Assembly: GCF_000143415.4 (NCBI RefSeq)
Contig: NW_003314387.1
Location: 248,001 to 312,000, forward strand
From: Selaginella moellendorffii
Lineage: Eukaryota; Plantae; Lycopodiophyta
Direction: 5' to 3'
DNA length: 64,000 nucleotides
Shown piece after piece: positions 1 to 10,162 of this stretch. Every line of letters starts with the position of its first letter. The first letter of the stretch is position 1. Both the position numbers and the translations under genes were made by a program. Under the pieces are notes generated by a model. It searched no databases, had not been told where the DNA came from, and saw only the letters and a list, made by a program, of their open reading frames with translations.

Positions 1-254
1 AAGAGTAAAAAATGATTACAGAGAACTACTGTGGCTTGATTGCTGTTTAGTTGATCAGAATTGTTGCCCGGATCAGCATGCAGCAGCTCGGAACCCATAC
101 TTGATTTCCAAATTACCATCTTTGAAACAAGAAAAAGAAAGACAATAAACCTCGAATGTTGCAGGACCAAGTCCGCATGGAGCAGGGAGCATCTTGGCCA
201 AGCGTGCTTCTTAGAGAATAGAGAAAACTACACGCCCTGATTATGGCATCGCTT

Positions 255-600
255 CACCATCTTGGAGCTGAAGCAATCAGTGGAGGAGCTTGAGCGCGAT
301 GCAAATCTTTACGCACTTATGGTTGGAAGCGGGCAAAAGAATCCATCGCCATTCGATGGTGTGTGGAATGAGGAAGAACAGGCAACTCGTGGAAAATCTT
401 CCTATCAACATGGGAGGATTCCAACGTTTTCCAATGTTCTCTCATTGATAATGCTCGCAGCGTATGCCAGAATGGGTAGCTCAACGATGCTCTTGAGTGC
501 TTTTGCAAGATGGAGCTCGAGGTGGTGAGTGACAATCATCAGCGCACTTGATTTATGAGACAGCTTCTCTCAAGCGCAGTGGCCACATTCTCGGATCAAA
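255..600 (+). pseudogene. Degenerate copy of the 5' end of the PPR gene at 38127-40850
   Basis: Reads as ILELKQSVEELE-RDAN..YAL...GKRIHRHS..CGM.KN...ENL...IMLAAYA.NG.L.DALECF.KMELE...TIISAL, colinear with that PPR's N-terminus but with frameshifts and deletions. Confidence 0.8.
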
Positions 601-899
601 GGGGGCATAGGCTTACGAGCACTTACATCGAGCTATGGTGTGTTTTTGGACATGCAAGCTGAAGTGTATTTCTCCAGGCTGTGAATGGAGACGACGGAAG
701 ATAGATAACAGCTCCCATCTCCGATTCACGGCACCTGGCCTTTGCGAGATCCACCACCATTGTGGTCCACGCTCTGTTTTGATGATCACGGTTGCTTCCA
801 TTCCAATAGGATCTGACAAGCAAGTTGAGGAGGCTGACATCTTTTTCCAATCTAGTTTCGACGATTTGGAATTCGTGAAATGCCAGATTCATGTATGAC

Positions 900-1830
900 G
901 TCTCCAGGTTGCCGCTGGTGCTGCTGCTCGGTCATCGTCTGGTTTTGTTAGATCTTTATAAAGGATGAATTCCCATCTTCTCTTTTTCTTTTCCCTGGTG
1001 GTGACACTGCGAATGGTGGTGCCACCAAAGGTGCTGCCCCTGCTGGCTCAGCTTTGGCTCGTAGAGGAGAAAGATCTTGCATTACGAGCTCCAGCTCCCA
1101 ACATGCCACAGAAAATGTACCTTCTCCTCCACATTCACTACTCGATCGGGAGAAAAGGGCCCGCGAGCTATAACAACTTCCAGCTGCTCGGAATCCCAGG
1201 AAATACCGTCATCCACGTATAGCGTGATCTCCTCCTTGTCTGGAACGTACTCCTCGTCCGCCACTGGGATCACTAGCAAGCTAGCCGAGTGGCGAAGCCA
1301 AGAGGACGGTGAAGATTCATCACTGATTGCTAGCGTTTCTGTAGTGGTGATTTGATCATCTGGGGGCGGCGACGTCGCCTCTTGCAGCCCGGAGCTTTGA
1401 TCATCGCTCGGACTCGCGGGGCTCCCTATCCGCATCAATGCAAACCTGGATGTATGATGTATCGCTCACTGTCGGCTTCCTGCTGGAGCTCGTCCGTGCT
1501 CGAGGCTGCTGGAAGCTGCCGCGGAGACGGCGCGTGGAACTTGGAGTGCTGCATCGTCGATGGGATCCTCCCCCGGCCATTCTATTCTTTCTGGTTTCCT
1601 CTTCTCTTTGTGGGATGCCGCCTTATACGATTTCATTTAAGAAACGACAGGGTCCAAAAAACCATGGTCAGTGATAAACTTATTAGATCGCAATGCAACG
1701 CCACTTTCTCTGTTGAAACACCGTTTCTCTGCCGCCAAAGAATTCAATCGTGAGGCTTTACCATATGCATACTAGAGTTGGAATAGCCATCCTTTCCAGG
1801 CATGCCATGCAGAACGTAAGCTCTGGCGAG
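900..1830 (-). pseudogene. Diverged paralog or remnant of the unknown locus at 26766-27660
   Basis: Shared blocks with 26900-27620 (ccggccattct...tggtttc, tctgttgaaac, gagttggaat, catgccatgca, ctatccgcatc). ORFs MMRIGSP.../EEKVHFLW resemble MRIASP.../EEVHFPW. Confidence 0.55.
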
Positions 1831-1891
1831 TGTCCATGTTTAGTGGCTTGGCCATCTTAACCTTCAGAGTTTCATGCTTGTCACCAGTGGT

Positions 1892-2011
1892 GTGCGACAT
1901 GACATTCATCAGGGCATTGTATATGTCTTCCACGCTACATTCTTACTGTCTTAATGACGGTAAGAATGTAGGGAAGACATAGACAATGACCTGAGGAATG
2001 TCATGTTGTGC
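1892..2011 (+). ncRNA. Candidate pre-miRNA-like hairpin
   Basis: Arms 1892-1950 and 1956-2011 pair around a TTAAT loop: about 56 positions with 4 G:U, 3 A/G mismatches and one 3-nt bulge. Confidence 0.55.
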
Positions 2012-2207
2012 GAATTCGAATCCACGCCCCAAACTCTTGGCAGCTCTTCTTCGTCACTGTAACCCCTTATAAATCAAAGCCACACAAACAACACACTAGA
2101 AGAACCGTGTAATCCATATGTTTTTCGATGAAAGGATCACAACCTGACGTTGGGCGTGTGTGATTTGAGCTATTTTAGAAATCAAGAGGCAGCACCTCGT
2201 AAAAATC

Positions 2208-2273
2208 TACTTTCACTGAGAGTTGAACTCATGTTTACTAAAGGAGTGCTCTGACCAAATGAGCTATGAAAGC
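2208..2273 (-). pseudogene. Pseudo tRNA-Thr(AGT)
   Basis: GCTTTCATAGCTCATTTGGTCAGAGCACTCCTTTAGTAAAC-ATGAGTTCAACTCTCAGTGAAAGTA. Anticodon 3' stem and variable loop are deleted. It has the same upstream flank (GGTTATAAATGTTAA) as the intact copies. Confidence 0.85.
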
Positions 2274-2333
2274 TTAACATTTATAACCAGGGCTTAATAA
2301 ATAACTAGGAATCTTGTGTGATTTGGTCATAAT

Positions 2334-2397
2334 GACTTCATGGCAAGGCGCTGGGCTACGGAACCAGAGATTCTGGGTTCAATCCCCTCTGACGTTG
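2334..2397 (+). pseudogene. Pseudo tRNA-Arg(ACG)
   Basis: GACTTCATGGC--AAGGCGCTGGGCTACGGAACCAGAGATTCTGGGTTCAATCCCC matches plant tRNA-Arg(ACG) as I recall it. D-loop deleted and acceptor stem broken. Confidence 0.75.
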
Positions 2398-2641
2398 TTT
2401 TCCGGTCCTAACAAAAATCGGAAAAAGAAAAAAAAAAGAAAAAGAAAAATGGCAGCGTACAACAAAACGTGTAAAAAAAGTATACCATGAAAGAACAAAA
2501 ATGGTGCCATGCACTTGGAGCAGAGAGTTGAAGAACCATCTCCACTTGATCGAGTCCACGTTCTCTTATATACAAGCTCCAGGAGTATCAATTCAGGTGA
2601 CTCAACCGTTAACGAGAGAAGTTGTCGGGAACTCTACGTGG

Positions 2642-5533
2642 TCAAAAGTTCCAGTATTGCTTGGAACCAAGCTTCACTGCGTGTTGGACTGCCCTCTTTG
2701 CCTGCTCGACATTCTCTTGCAACGTCGAGGATCCAAGAAGGATCAACCAGTCCAAACTTCTGGCATCTTCGGCCATGCCAGTGACAAGCTCCTCGGCATC
2801 AGCCAAGCGACCAGTCCGCCCAAGAAGATCTACAAAACACCCGTAATGCTCCGGTGTGGGAACCAGCCCATGATCCGCCACCATGTACTGGAAGTACTTG
2901 GAGCCTTCCTCAAGCATCCCAGCATGGCTGCAAGCAAAAAAGATGCTGAGAAAAGATACCTGGTTGGGAACTATACCCTCCAAGTCCATATCCCGGAACA
3001 ATCCAATCGCTAGCTTGACATGCCCATTCTGGGCATATGCGACGATCAACGTGTTCCAAGACACGGAGTTCCTCACGGGCATGGCTGCAAAGACACGGTT
3101 TGCTTCGCGCAAGCTCCCACACTTTCCATACATGTTGAGCAGCGCATTGCCCAAGATGATATCGAAGCCGAATCCCAGCTCCATCGCTCGGGCGTGGAAG
3201 ATCTTTCCCTCGACCAGAGCGTTGCAATCCGCGCAAGTGTCGAGAAGTGTGATGAACGTAACGTTGTCCGGCTTGACACCTTCGTTATCCATGCCCCGGA
3301 GAATCCCGAGCGCTCGTCTCTGGTCGCCGGTTTGAGTGATCGCCGCTGCCACCGCGTTCCATGCAATCGCATCCCTTTGCTGGAGCTTGCCAAACGCGAG
3401 CTCGGCTTCCATGGCGTTACCACACCGCCCATACATGTTTACGAGCGTTCCAAGCACCGCGTCCACGCTCTCGAATCCGCCCTCGCTTGCTTGGCGATGG
3501 ATCTCTCGGCCCTCGGCGATTGATCCCAGCGTCGCGCACGCATCTAAGACGCTGATGAAAGTGATCCTGTCGGGGCGAACTCCCTCCCGGATCATCGCCC
3601 AGTAAGTCTCTAGCGCTCGTCTTCCATCGCCATTTTGCGCAAAGGCCGAGATCAAAGCGTTCCACGATACCAAGTCCCGGATTCCCAGAATTCGGTTAAA
3701 AACGGACATAGCTTCCTCGAGTCTCTTACACTTTCCATACATCTTGATGAGGCTGTTCGCGACGACCACGTTCGAATCCATGCCAACCTCGGCTGCTCGC
3801 CTGTGGAAAACGATCCCGGAAGCGAGATCCATGGAGTTTGCGCAAGCATCGATCGTGCTCACGAATGTGACATCGTTTGGCTTCACTCCAGAGTGGTCCA
3901 TCGTCCGGAAGAGCTCCATGGCTTCCTTGTCGCGATCGTTGTCCACGAGAGCACCGATGAGCGCCGTCCATGTCACAACGTTTCTCTCGGGCATGGACTG
4001 AAAGACCGCCTTCGCTCGATCCACACACTTGCATTTTCCATACATGGTCACCAGCGCCGAGCACGCGACCACGTCGCCGCCATAGCCACTGGCGACGATC
4101 CTCTCGTGGAGAGCTCTTCCTTGTTTGATGGCATCGCCACCGTCGTTGGAGCAAGCTTCCAGCGCGAGCATGAGAGAGACTCTACTCGACTTGCATCCCT
4201 CGAGATCCATCTCGCGGAAGATTTGCAGCGCTTCCTTGCCGGATCCACTCTGAGCGTAGGCCGCGAGGAGCGAGTTCCAGCAAATCGCGTCCTTGCGGCA
4301 CATCCCGGCGAAAACTTTCCTTGCATCCTCGAGGCTATGGCAGCGAGCATACATGTTGAGCAGCGCCGTCTGGAGCACCACGTCCTCGCTAGCGATCTTC
4401 TTCTCCATCGCGAGAGCATGGATCGTCCTGCCCTGCTCCAGCGAGTTGCATGCATCCACAACGCTCAAGAACGTCAGTCGATCCGGCTCGGGGCCGCTGG
4501 GATCGTCCAGCATTCTCTGGAAGAGATCGAGAGCTTCTTGGTCTCCATCCTGTGATCGAGAATAAGCCGAGATCATCGTGTTCCAGCTCACCACGTCTTT
4601 CCGCTTCATGGAATCAAAGAGCGCTCTGGCGGTGTCCAATGATCCTCGCTTGGAGTAGCAATCCACGAGGCAATTGGCGATGGAGAGATGGTCGCCATAG
4701 CCGGCTTCCACGACGAGCGAGTGCATAAGATCCTCGCGAGCAGTCGAGCTACGATCATCCATGATCGAGCTAGACGCGGCGACAATGCTGAGAAAGGTGA
4801 TGTGGTTGGGCTTGATACCTTCGAGAAGCATCGAGCGAAAGAGCTCCAGCGCCTGGGATCCACGATGGTTGTGAGCGCACGCGGATACCAGTGCATTCCA
4901 GGTGATGGCATCCTTGAATTCGATCCCCTGGAAGACGAGCGTGGCATGATCTAGCATCCCCAGCTTGCCGTAAGCGTTGAGCAGCGCTGTGGCGATGGAA
5001 GTGGAGCGATCCAGGCCAGCAGCGACGACTAGTGCATGGACCTTGGCCGGATCGGCATTGATAGCTCCCATAAACGTGACGCAATTGGGATGCTCGCCGT
5101 CGAGCAGCATTTGCCGGAAGAGCGTCAGGGCTTCTCGCATTTGCCCGTTGTGGGCAAATGCCGCAATCGCAATGTTCCACGAGAAAACATTGCGATCTTC
5201 CATCTTGTGGAAGACTTCCAACGAGTCCGCCGCGCGGCCGCACTTTCCATACATTTCCATGACGAGATTCGCGAGGAACCTGTGACGCTCGAGGCCGCTG
5301 GAGACGATCTGTGCGTGGATGCGCTTACCCTCGCCCAGGGATCCGCGCTCGCGGCATTCTCGCAGAGCAGCCGCGAAGGCGTCCACCGCTGGCGATCGCT
5401 CGTCATCCCTGCAAATCTTCGTTGGATCGAGCGGCGGCTCCTCCTCCTTGTCAAGAACGATGCCATGCGATTGCGACGAAAACCATCGCCATCGCCACGG
5501 ACGCCTTTGCCCTTTGTTAACCACATGGTTCAT
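2642..5533 (-). CDS. PLS-class pentatricopeptide repeat protein, E subgroup, no DYW (963 aa, intronless)
   Basis: Repeated P-L-S motifs (NVFSWN, DVVSWNTMISAY, PDRITFISVLDAC). Ends ...CSHAGMLEEG...EHYGCFVDLLGRTGRLADAEELV plus an E motif. Confidence 0.95.
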   Translation of the reverse strand: MNHVVNKGQRRPWRWRWFSSQSHGIVLDKEEEPPLDPTKICRDDERSPAVDAFAAALRECRERGSLGEGKRIHAQIVSSGLERHRFLANLVMEMYGKCGRAADSLEVFHKMEDRNVFSWNIAIAAFAHNGQMREALTLFRQMLLDGEHPNCVTFMGAINADPAKVHALVVAAGLDRSTSIATALLNAYGKLGMLDHATLVFQGIEFKDAITWNALVSACAHNHRGSQALELFRSMLLEGIKPNHITFLSIVAASSSIMDDRSSTAREDLMHSLVVEAGYGDHLSIANCLVDCYSKRGSLDTARALFDSMKRKDVVSWNTMISAYSRSQDGDQEALDLFQRMLDDPSGPEPDRLTFLSVVDACNSLEQGRTIHALAMEKKIASEDVVLQTALLNMYARCHSLEDARKVFAGMCRKDAICWNSLLAAYAQSGSGKEALQIFREMDLEGCKSSRVSLMLALEACSNDGGDAIKQGRALHERIVASGYGGDVVACSALVTMYGKCKCVDRAKAVFQSMPERNVVTWTALIGALVDNDRDKEAMELFRTMDHSGVKPNDVTFVSTIDACANSMDLASGIVFHRRAAEVGMDSNVVVANSLIKMYGKCKRLEEAMSVFNRILGIRDLVSWNALISAFAQNGDGRRALETYWAMIREGVRPDRITFISVLDACATLGSIAEGREIHRQASEGGFESVDAVLGTLVNMYGRCGNAMEAELAFGKLQQRDAIAWNAVAAAITQTGDQRRALGILRGMDNEGVKPDNVTFITLLDTCADCNALVEGKIFHARAMELGFGFDIILGNALLNMYGKCGSLREANRVFAAMPVRNSVSWNTLIVAYAQNGHVKLAIGLFRDMDLEGIVPNQVSFLSIFFACSHAGMLEEGSKYFQYMVADHGLVPTPEHYGCFVDLLGRTGRLADAEELVTGMAEDARSLDWLILLGSSTLQENVEQAKRAVQHAVKLGSKQYWNF

Positions 5534-5555
5534 AAGATTAGGTCAAAGTAGCAAA

Positions 5556-7405
5556 ATGGGGAGAACGAGAAGGAAGAGGGCTCGCGATGGCGATGGCGAT
5601 GGCGATGGCGAGGACGATGCCACCACTGGCGGCCTCGATGACGATACCCTGCTCCACATCTTCGATCGCATTTCAACGAGGGAGCTCCTCACGCGGGCCG
5701 CGCTTGTCTGCCGCCGCTGGAATCGCTTGTGCCAATCTCATGTAAGTAAAGTTCTGTGGTTAGTGAAGAAGATAAGAGTTGATCTGATGGAGCATGGTAT
5801 TTCTTCTCGATAGGTGCGTGAGATTGTGCCTCGTTTCGGTGACTTCTCTCGGTGGCTGCATTCTTCGGTCTGGCTCAAACCAAAAGACGTCATCAAACTA
5901 GCGCGCAAGCACGCATCGACCATCACAAGCATTACTTTTCCTCGGTATGTATGGCTCTTCTCGCGCTAAATCCTTGCTTATAATCTTGTCCAGATCGCAG
6001 AAGGACGCAGAGAAGATTGTCTCTACTGTCTCTGCCCTTCCTCATCTTCGCCACCTCTCTGCCGCTTTTTCTGATGATAATTTCCCTCCATATCTTGCTG
6101 AGGCCCTTTCACCTCACCTCCAGAGCCTGGATGTTTTCAGCCGAGACCATGATGTGTCTAGTTTTTTCCTTGCATTGCCTTCTCGATGTCCTCATCTCCA
6201 CACACTGAAGCTTCTGGGTGCGAGTGTGACTTGGCCTAACGGTGACCTTGGCGTCACGCTTAAAAGCTTCACTTTGTCCCTCACCACGCTCCATATCTCT
6301 AGCAGTGACTTTGGTTGGGATCATGTCAATAACATATTCAAATGCTGCTCAAACCTGTCAGATCTTGGTGTTGTATCATCCGATCTGTTGATACTCGATC
6401 ATGCTTCCATCAGCCCAATGCCACCTTCTCTCACGTCTCTCAGGCTTTGTGTCTCCCCTGGACTCTCTGTTGCTTATGATCGCTCTGCGCCCTGGAAGTT
6501 GATTAAAGACAGTGGCCGCCAGCTCCAAGCCCTTTACGCGGAATCTACGTTTAGTGGAACGTGGCAAGCAATCTGTAAAGCATGCACCAATCTCAAGGTC
6601 CTCGATTTATCTACTTGTGATGAGGTTGTGATTACACAGGTATACTTCCATTTTTACTTTGTTTTATGTTGATCGAAACACATCCATTGTGCCTTTGCAG
6701 TTAGAAGAGAAGGCTCTCTGTAAAATTCCATTTGCTCTTCGGAACCTTGAGAAAGTTTGCCTTCCAACTGCCAGTGACAATATCCTTGTACAGTTTGGAC
6801 GTTTTTGCTCTCATCTGATTGAGTTTGAGCTCAATCAACGCTCTCGCAAGACAGGTGCATATAATGTGCAAGACAAAGGAATCATGGCTCTGGTAGAAGG
6901 ATGCAACAAGCTCCAAGTTATGAGTCTTGTTAATTGCACCAACATCACCCATAGATCCATGAGGTATGAAATGCTTCTTTCACTTTTTCGTTTACACTTC
7001 TCCATGATCAAAGATTTCTATAAGGTTTATTGCGTTCCATTGTCCTTGCTTGAGGGCTCTGAATCTTTTCGGATGCAAGCTTATCGACGATGAGGCTGTT
7101 GCAATACTCGTCCCACGATTGAGCAACTCTCTTTACTGCTTGAATCTCGATTGCTGCCCTCGAATCTCTGCTGCAACGCTGGAGTTTTTCCGAGTGAGTA
7201 AACTTTAATTGTTTTCAAGCAAGTTTTTTTTAATAAAAATCTCTTTTCTTGTTATCGCTAGGAACGAGCATCAAAGGTTGAGCTCTTGGTGATCCATAAA
7301 ACACTGCACAACAAACTGGGTGCCTTGATTAAATGTATCAAGGCAGATCATCCATTGCTCAATATCAAGGCAGGGGCAGGTAGCTCTAATTGTGCTTTGT
7401 GGTGA
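5556..7405 (+). CDS. F-box/LRR-repeat protein, about 6 exons
   Basis: F-box LDDDTLLHIFDRI...LLTRAALVCRRWNRLC and LRRs (CTNLKVLDLS, GCNKLQVMSLVNCTNIT). GT-AG introns at about 5742-5812, 5945-5993, 6640-6700, 6964-7024 and 7194-7261. Stop TGA at 7403-7405. Confidence 0.85.
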
Positions 7406-7469
7406 TGTTCTCTGGTAAGTTTAAAAAGTATGTAAACAGGAATGGATCAGTTATGATCCTGTCACAAGC

Positions 7470-7980
7470 ATGTACCTGCATTTTATTTTTATTTTTTTCT
7501 GTTTTTCCGCCACTAGACTTCCAACATTACAAGCTCTGATCCACTGAATTGCCACCCAAGCTCCTCAGTTGATCTCTGTTTAACACACAGCATGATCATG
7601 TTTTCTCTTCTTCCACTTCGAACCTCTGTCATCTTTGTCAGTCTCAGAGTCTGATTCCTGCATTCCAGTCATTCTTCTAAGTTTCTAGCAATGAAAAGAA
7701 ATGCTGTGTTCCACGTTGAAACAGTGTAATCACCTCACTTATTCTCTCCAAACCAACGATTAACGAAAGCATTACTCTTGTGCTGCAGCTTTTACTCCAG
7801 CAATATTCTGCTGTAAAACAATTTCCCAAAGCTAATTGCATCTCCTCCAAATCAAATGCATGGACAAGTGCATCTTCTCCAAATCGAATACAGAGACATG
7901 CCAATCCACTTGCCCTTCTGTTCCTTCTTGAGAATGTCAAGTCAAAGAGACTTTTTTGGCCATCTAAAAGTTTGGGGTTT
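7470..7980 (-). pseudogene. Internally deleted NOP14 copy
   Basis: Reverse complement matches NOP14 segments near 23431-23800, 24685-24760 and 25130-25225, joined by large deletions. Confidence 0.8.
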
Positions 7981-8005
7981 TAACATGTTAATTGGAGTTT
8001 AATTT

Positions 8006-8181
8006 TGTGAGTGCTTGCAATATGGAAAGGGAATATAAAAAATGTGCATATCAATTAGCCCAAAAACCTTAATTTATATATTGGAGCGAGAGGTCTGGAT
8101 TAAAACCAATCCGACGGTTACCAAAATCCTACTACGCTAATATTAGTACACGGCATTGTAAGTATACACTTAGACCTCACA
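8006..8181 (-). repeat. 176-bp LTR (TGTGAG...CTCACA) of copy A
   Basis: Inverted copy of 16746-16921, with 6-bp terminal inverted repeats and an adjacent polypurine tract. Confidence 0.85.
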
Positions 8182-8281
8182 TCATCCCTCCTCTCGGAAT
8201 AATGAAAGACCATCAAGATTTTCTTGTAGATGGGCCGGGATTTGGAAGAACATTAGGAGGAGGCATCAGCAGATTTATATA

Positions 8282-10162
8282 TGTATTGTTGTACCTCAAT
8301 TGTTCCTGATCCTTTTGTATGAAGGGTTTCAATTGTTGTACATGCACAATTTTTAGAGGATCAGCCTACTAAACGTTATGCAGAACCTCATAAACTTGCG
8401 GTCCAACTTGCTGCAACACCTGATTGTGAGACACAAAATCCCTAGGCCCCAAAGTAGAGCCAGAAAGGGTGCCACGTGGTAGTGGCCGAGGCAAAAGCCA
8501 AACAAGCGTAACACGTTTGGACTAAAAGCTCCAACTTGGAAGGTCGAGGGCGGGAGTGGAACTCCCAACAAAGTGCTCGAGGAGCGAGCACGAGGCAACC
8601 AATAAGCAAGGCTCCAAAAAGGACTAACACATGACACGTGGAAGTGTCCGAGATGGACCCGAGATGGAGTCCAAGGTGGACCTGAGATAGAGTTCGAGAT
8701 GGACCCGAGATGGAGTCCGAGATGGACCCGAGATGGAGTCCGAGATGGAGTCCGAGGTGGACCCGAGATGGAGTCCAAGATGGAGTCCGAGATGGACCCG
8801 AGATGGAGTCCGAGATGGAGTCCGAGATGGACCCGAGATGGAGTCCAAGATGGAGTCCAATATGGAGTCCGAGATGGACCTGAGATGGAGTCCGAGATGG
8901 ACCGAGACGGAGTCCGAGATGGACCTGAGATGGAGTCCGAGATGGACCTAGACGGATTCCGAGATGGAGTCCAAGATGGAGTCCGAGAAGGACCCGAGAT
9001 GGAGCTCGAGGTCGAGACCAAGACTGGCACCGAGACCGAGATTGGGACCGAGACCAAGACCAAGGCCAAGGCCGAGACCGAGCCCGAGCCCGAGTCCGAG
9101 TCCGAGTCCGAGTCCGAGTCCAAGTCTGAGTCCGAGTCCGAGTCCGAGTCTGAGTTCAAGTCTGAAAGGGTGAAAGCCCAAAGTGTTCGTCTCCCAGACC
9201 CTGGGGGGTTTGGTGAGCTCCAAAAGTATAGTAAGGGGGAGGACTGCAGTGGAGCCAGTTTGGCCAGGAAAGGCCAGTTTGGCCCAAAAAGGCTATATCT
9301 AGTGTTGGGTGATGAGCTGCCCATTGGGAAGTCCAAGACTAGAGTGAACATGGACCGACAAGCGGGGTAGCTTGGTGAAGTGTTCAAGAGCCAGCTCTAG
9401 TTCCCCCGGGAGATTGACTGGCAGATGCTCCCAGTCCAAGTGTGGGTGGCACTACCTACTTGGATACCAGGTGTGGCTCAACGGAACCTCGCTCTAAGCC
9501 CATGGCTAGAGCACCTAAAGACAGAAGGTGGGGAGAGTACCCAGGAGGTCCGCGTAGGGCTGCGGTGTTCCGAAATGCTATCCCAAAGTCCCAGACTATG
9601 GAAAGGAAAACTAATGATCCTTTGGTGTGGTGACTAATGACACGGTCATGTGGTGAGGAAGTCCCAGAGGACAGTGGGACTTAATGGTCGGGCCTATGGG
9701 CCTTGATCCAGTGGCAGTGTTGGTGAACACGGCCATGGACAGAAAAGGATCTTAGTGGGGACTGTTAAAGGGATATTGTGGAAGGTTGTTCCCCATGTCT
9801 GTGGGCATCCTAAGGATACTAAGGAGGGGATCTAGAATGATCACTCATGGACGGATGGCCTAGTCCTTGAGAGACGGGACTGTGATGCAGGTGGTGTTAG
9901 ACCACCGGTGTGACCAAGGTAAAGGGGCATGGCCTTAGTGTAACAGGCGGATATGTCAATGGTACCTTGGGGTGTCGGTCATGGGATCAAACACATGGAG
10001 CACTTGGACCATGTGCAAAAGTTGAGTGGCGGGGATGCCATTCTCGGGGCTAGCAAGCCCAAGTCCGAAATAGGACTTATGGAGGTTGTGAATGAGACTC
10101 CTCCACGTGGTTGGAGGTGTGGTTAAGTGACTAAAGTAGAATGGAAAAATTAGTCGCTTACA
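8282..10162. mobile_element. 1.88-kb insertion in copy A bounded by TGTA...TACA (possible solo LTR of another family)
   Basis: Absent from copy B, where it corresponds to about 16515-16645. It interrupts the integrase GPY motif. TG...CA ends; no TSD visible. Confidence 0.5.
8645..9155. repeat. Minisatellite of GAGATGGAGTCC / GAGATGGACCC (12/11-bp units) grading into GAGACC/GAGTCC hexamers
   Basis: Directly visible tandem units. Confidence 0.95.

Noticed and set aside
2008-2032. tRNA-Leu-like T-arm (GGGGCGTGGATTCGAATTC) on the minus strand
   Set aside because: Too short and without a cloverleaf; may be chance.
2501-5551. Many long antisense and alternative-frame ORFs over the PPR genes (also 19591-22243 and 38176-40845)
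   Set aside because: Shadow ORFs expected from GC-rich codon usage; no motifs.
8645-9155. Regular short repeats as a CRISPR array
   Set aside because: Units are contiguous with no unique spacers, there are no cas genes, and the context is eukaryotic.
8353-9387. 344-aa minus and 223-aa plus ORFs (SD/ES-rich) as genes
   Set aside because: They are open only because the minisatellite lacks stop codons; no domain is recognisable.
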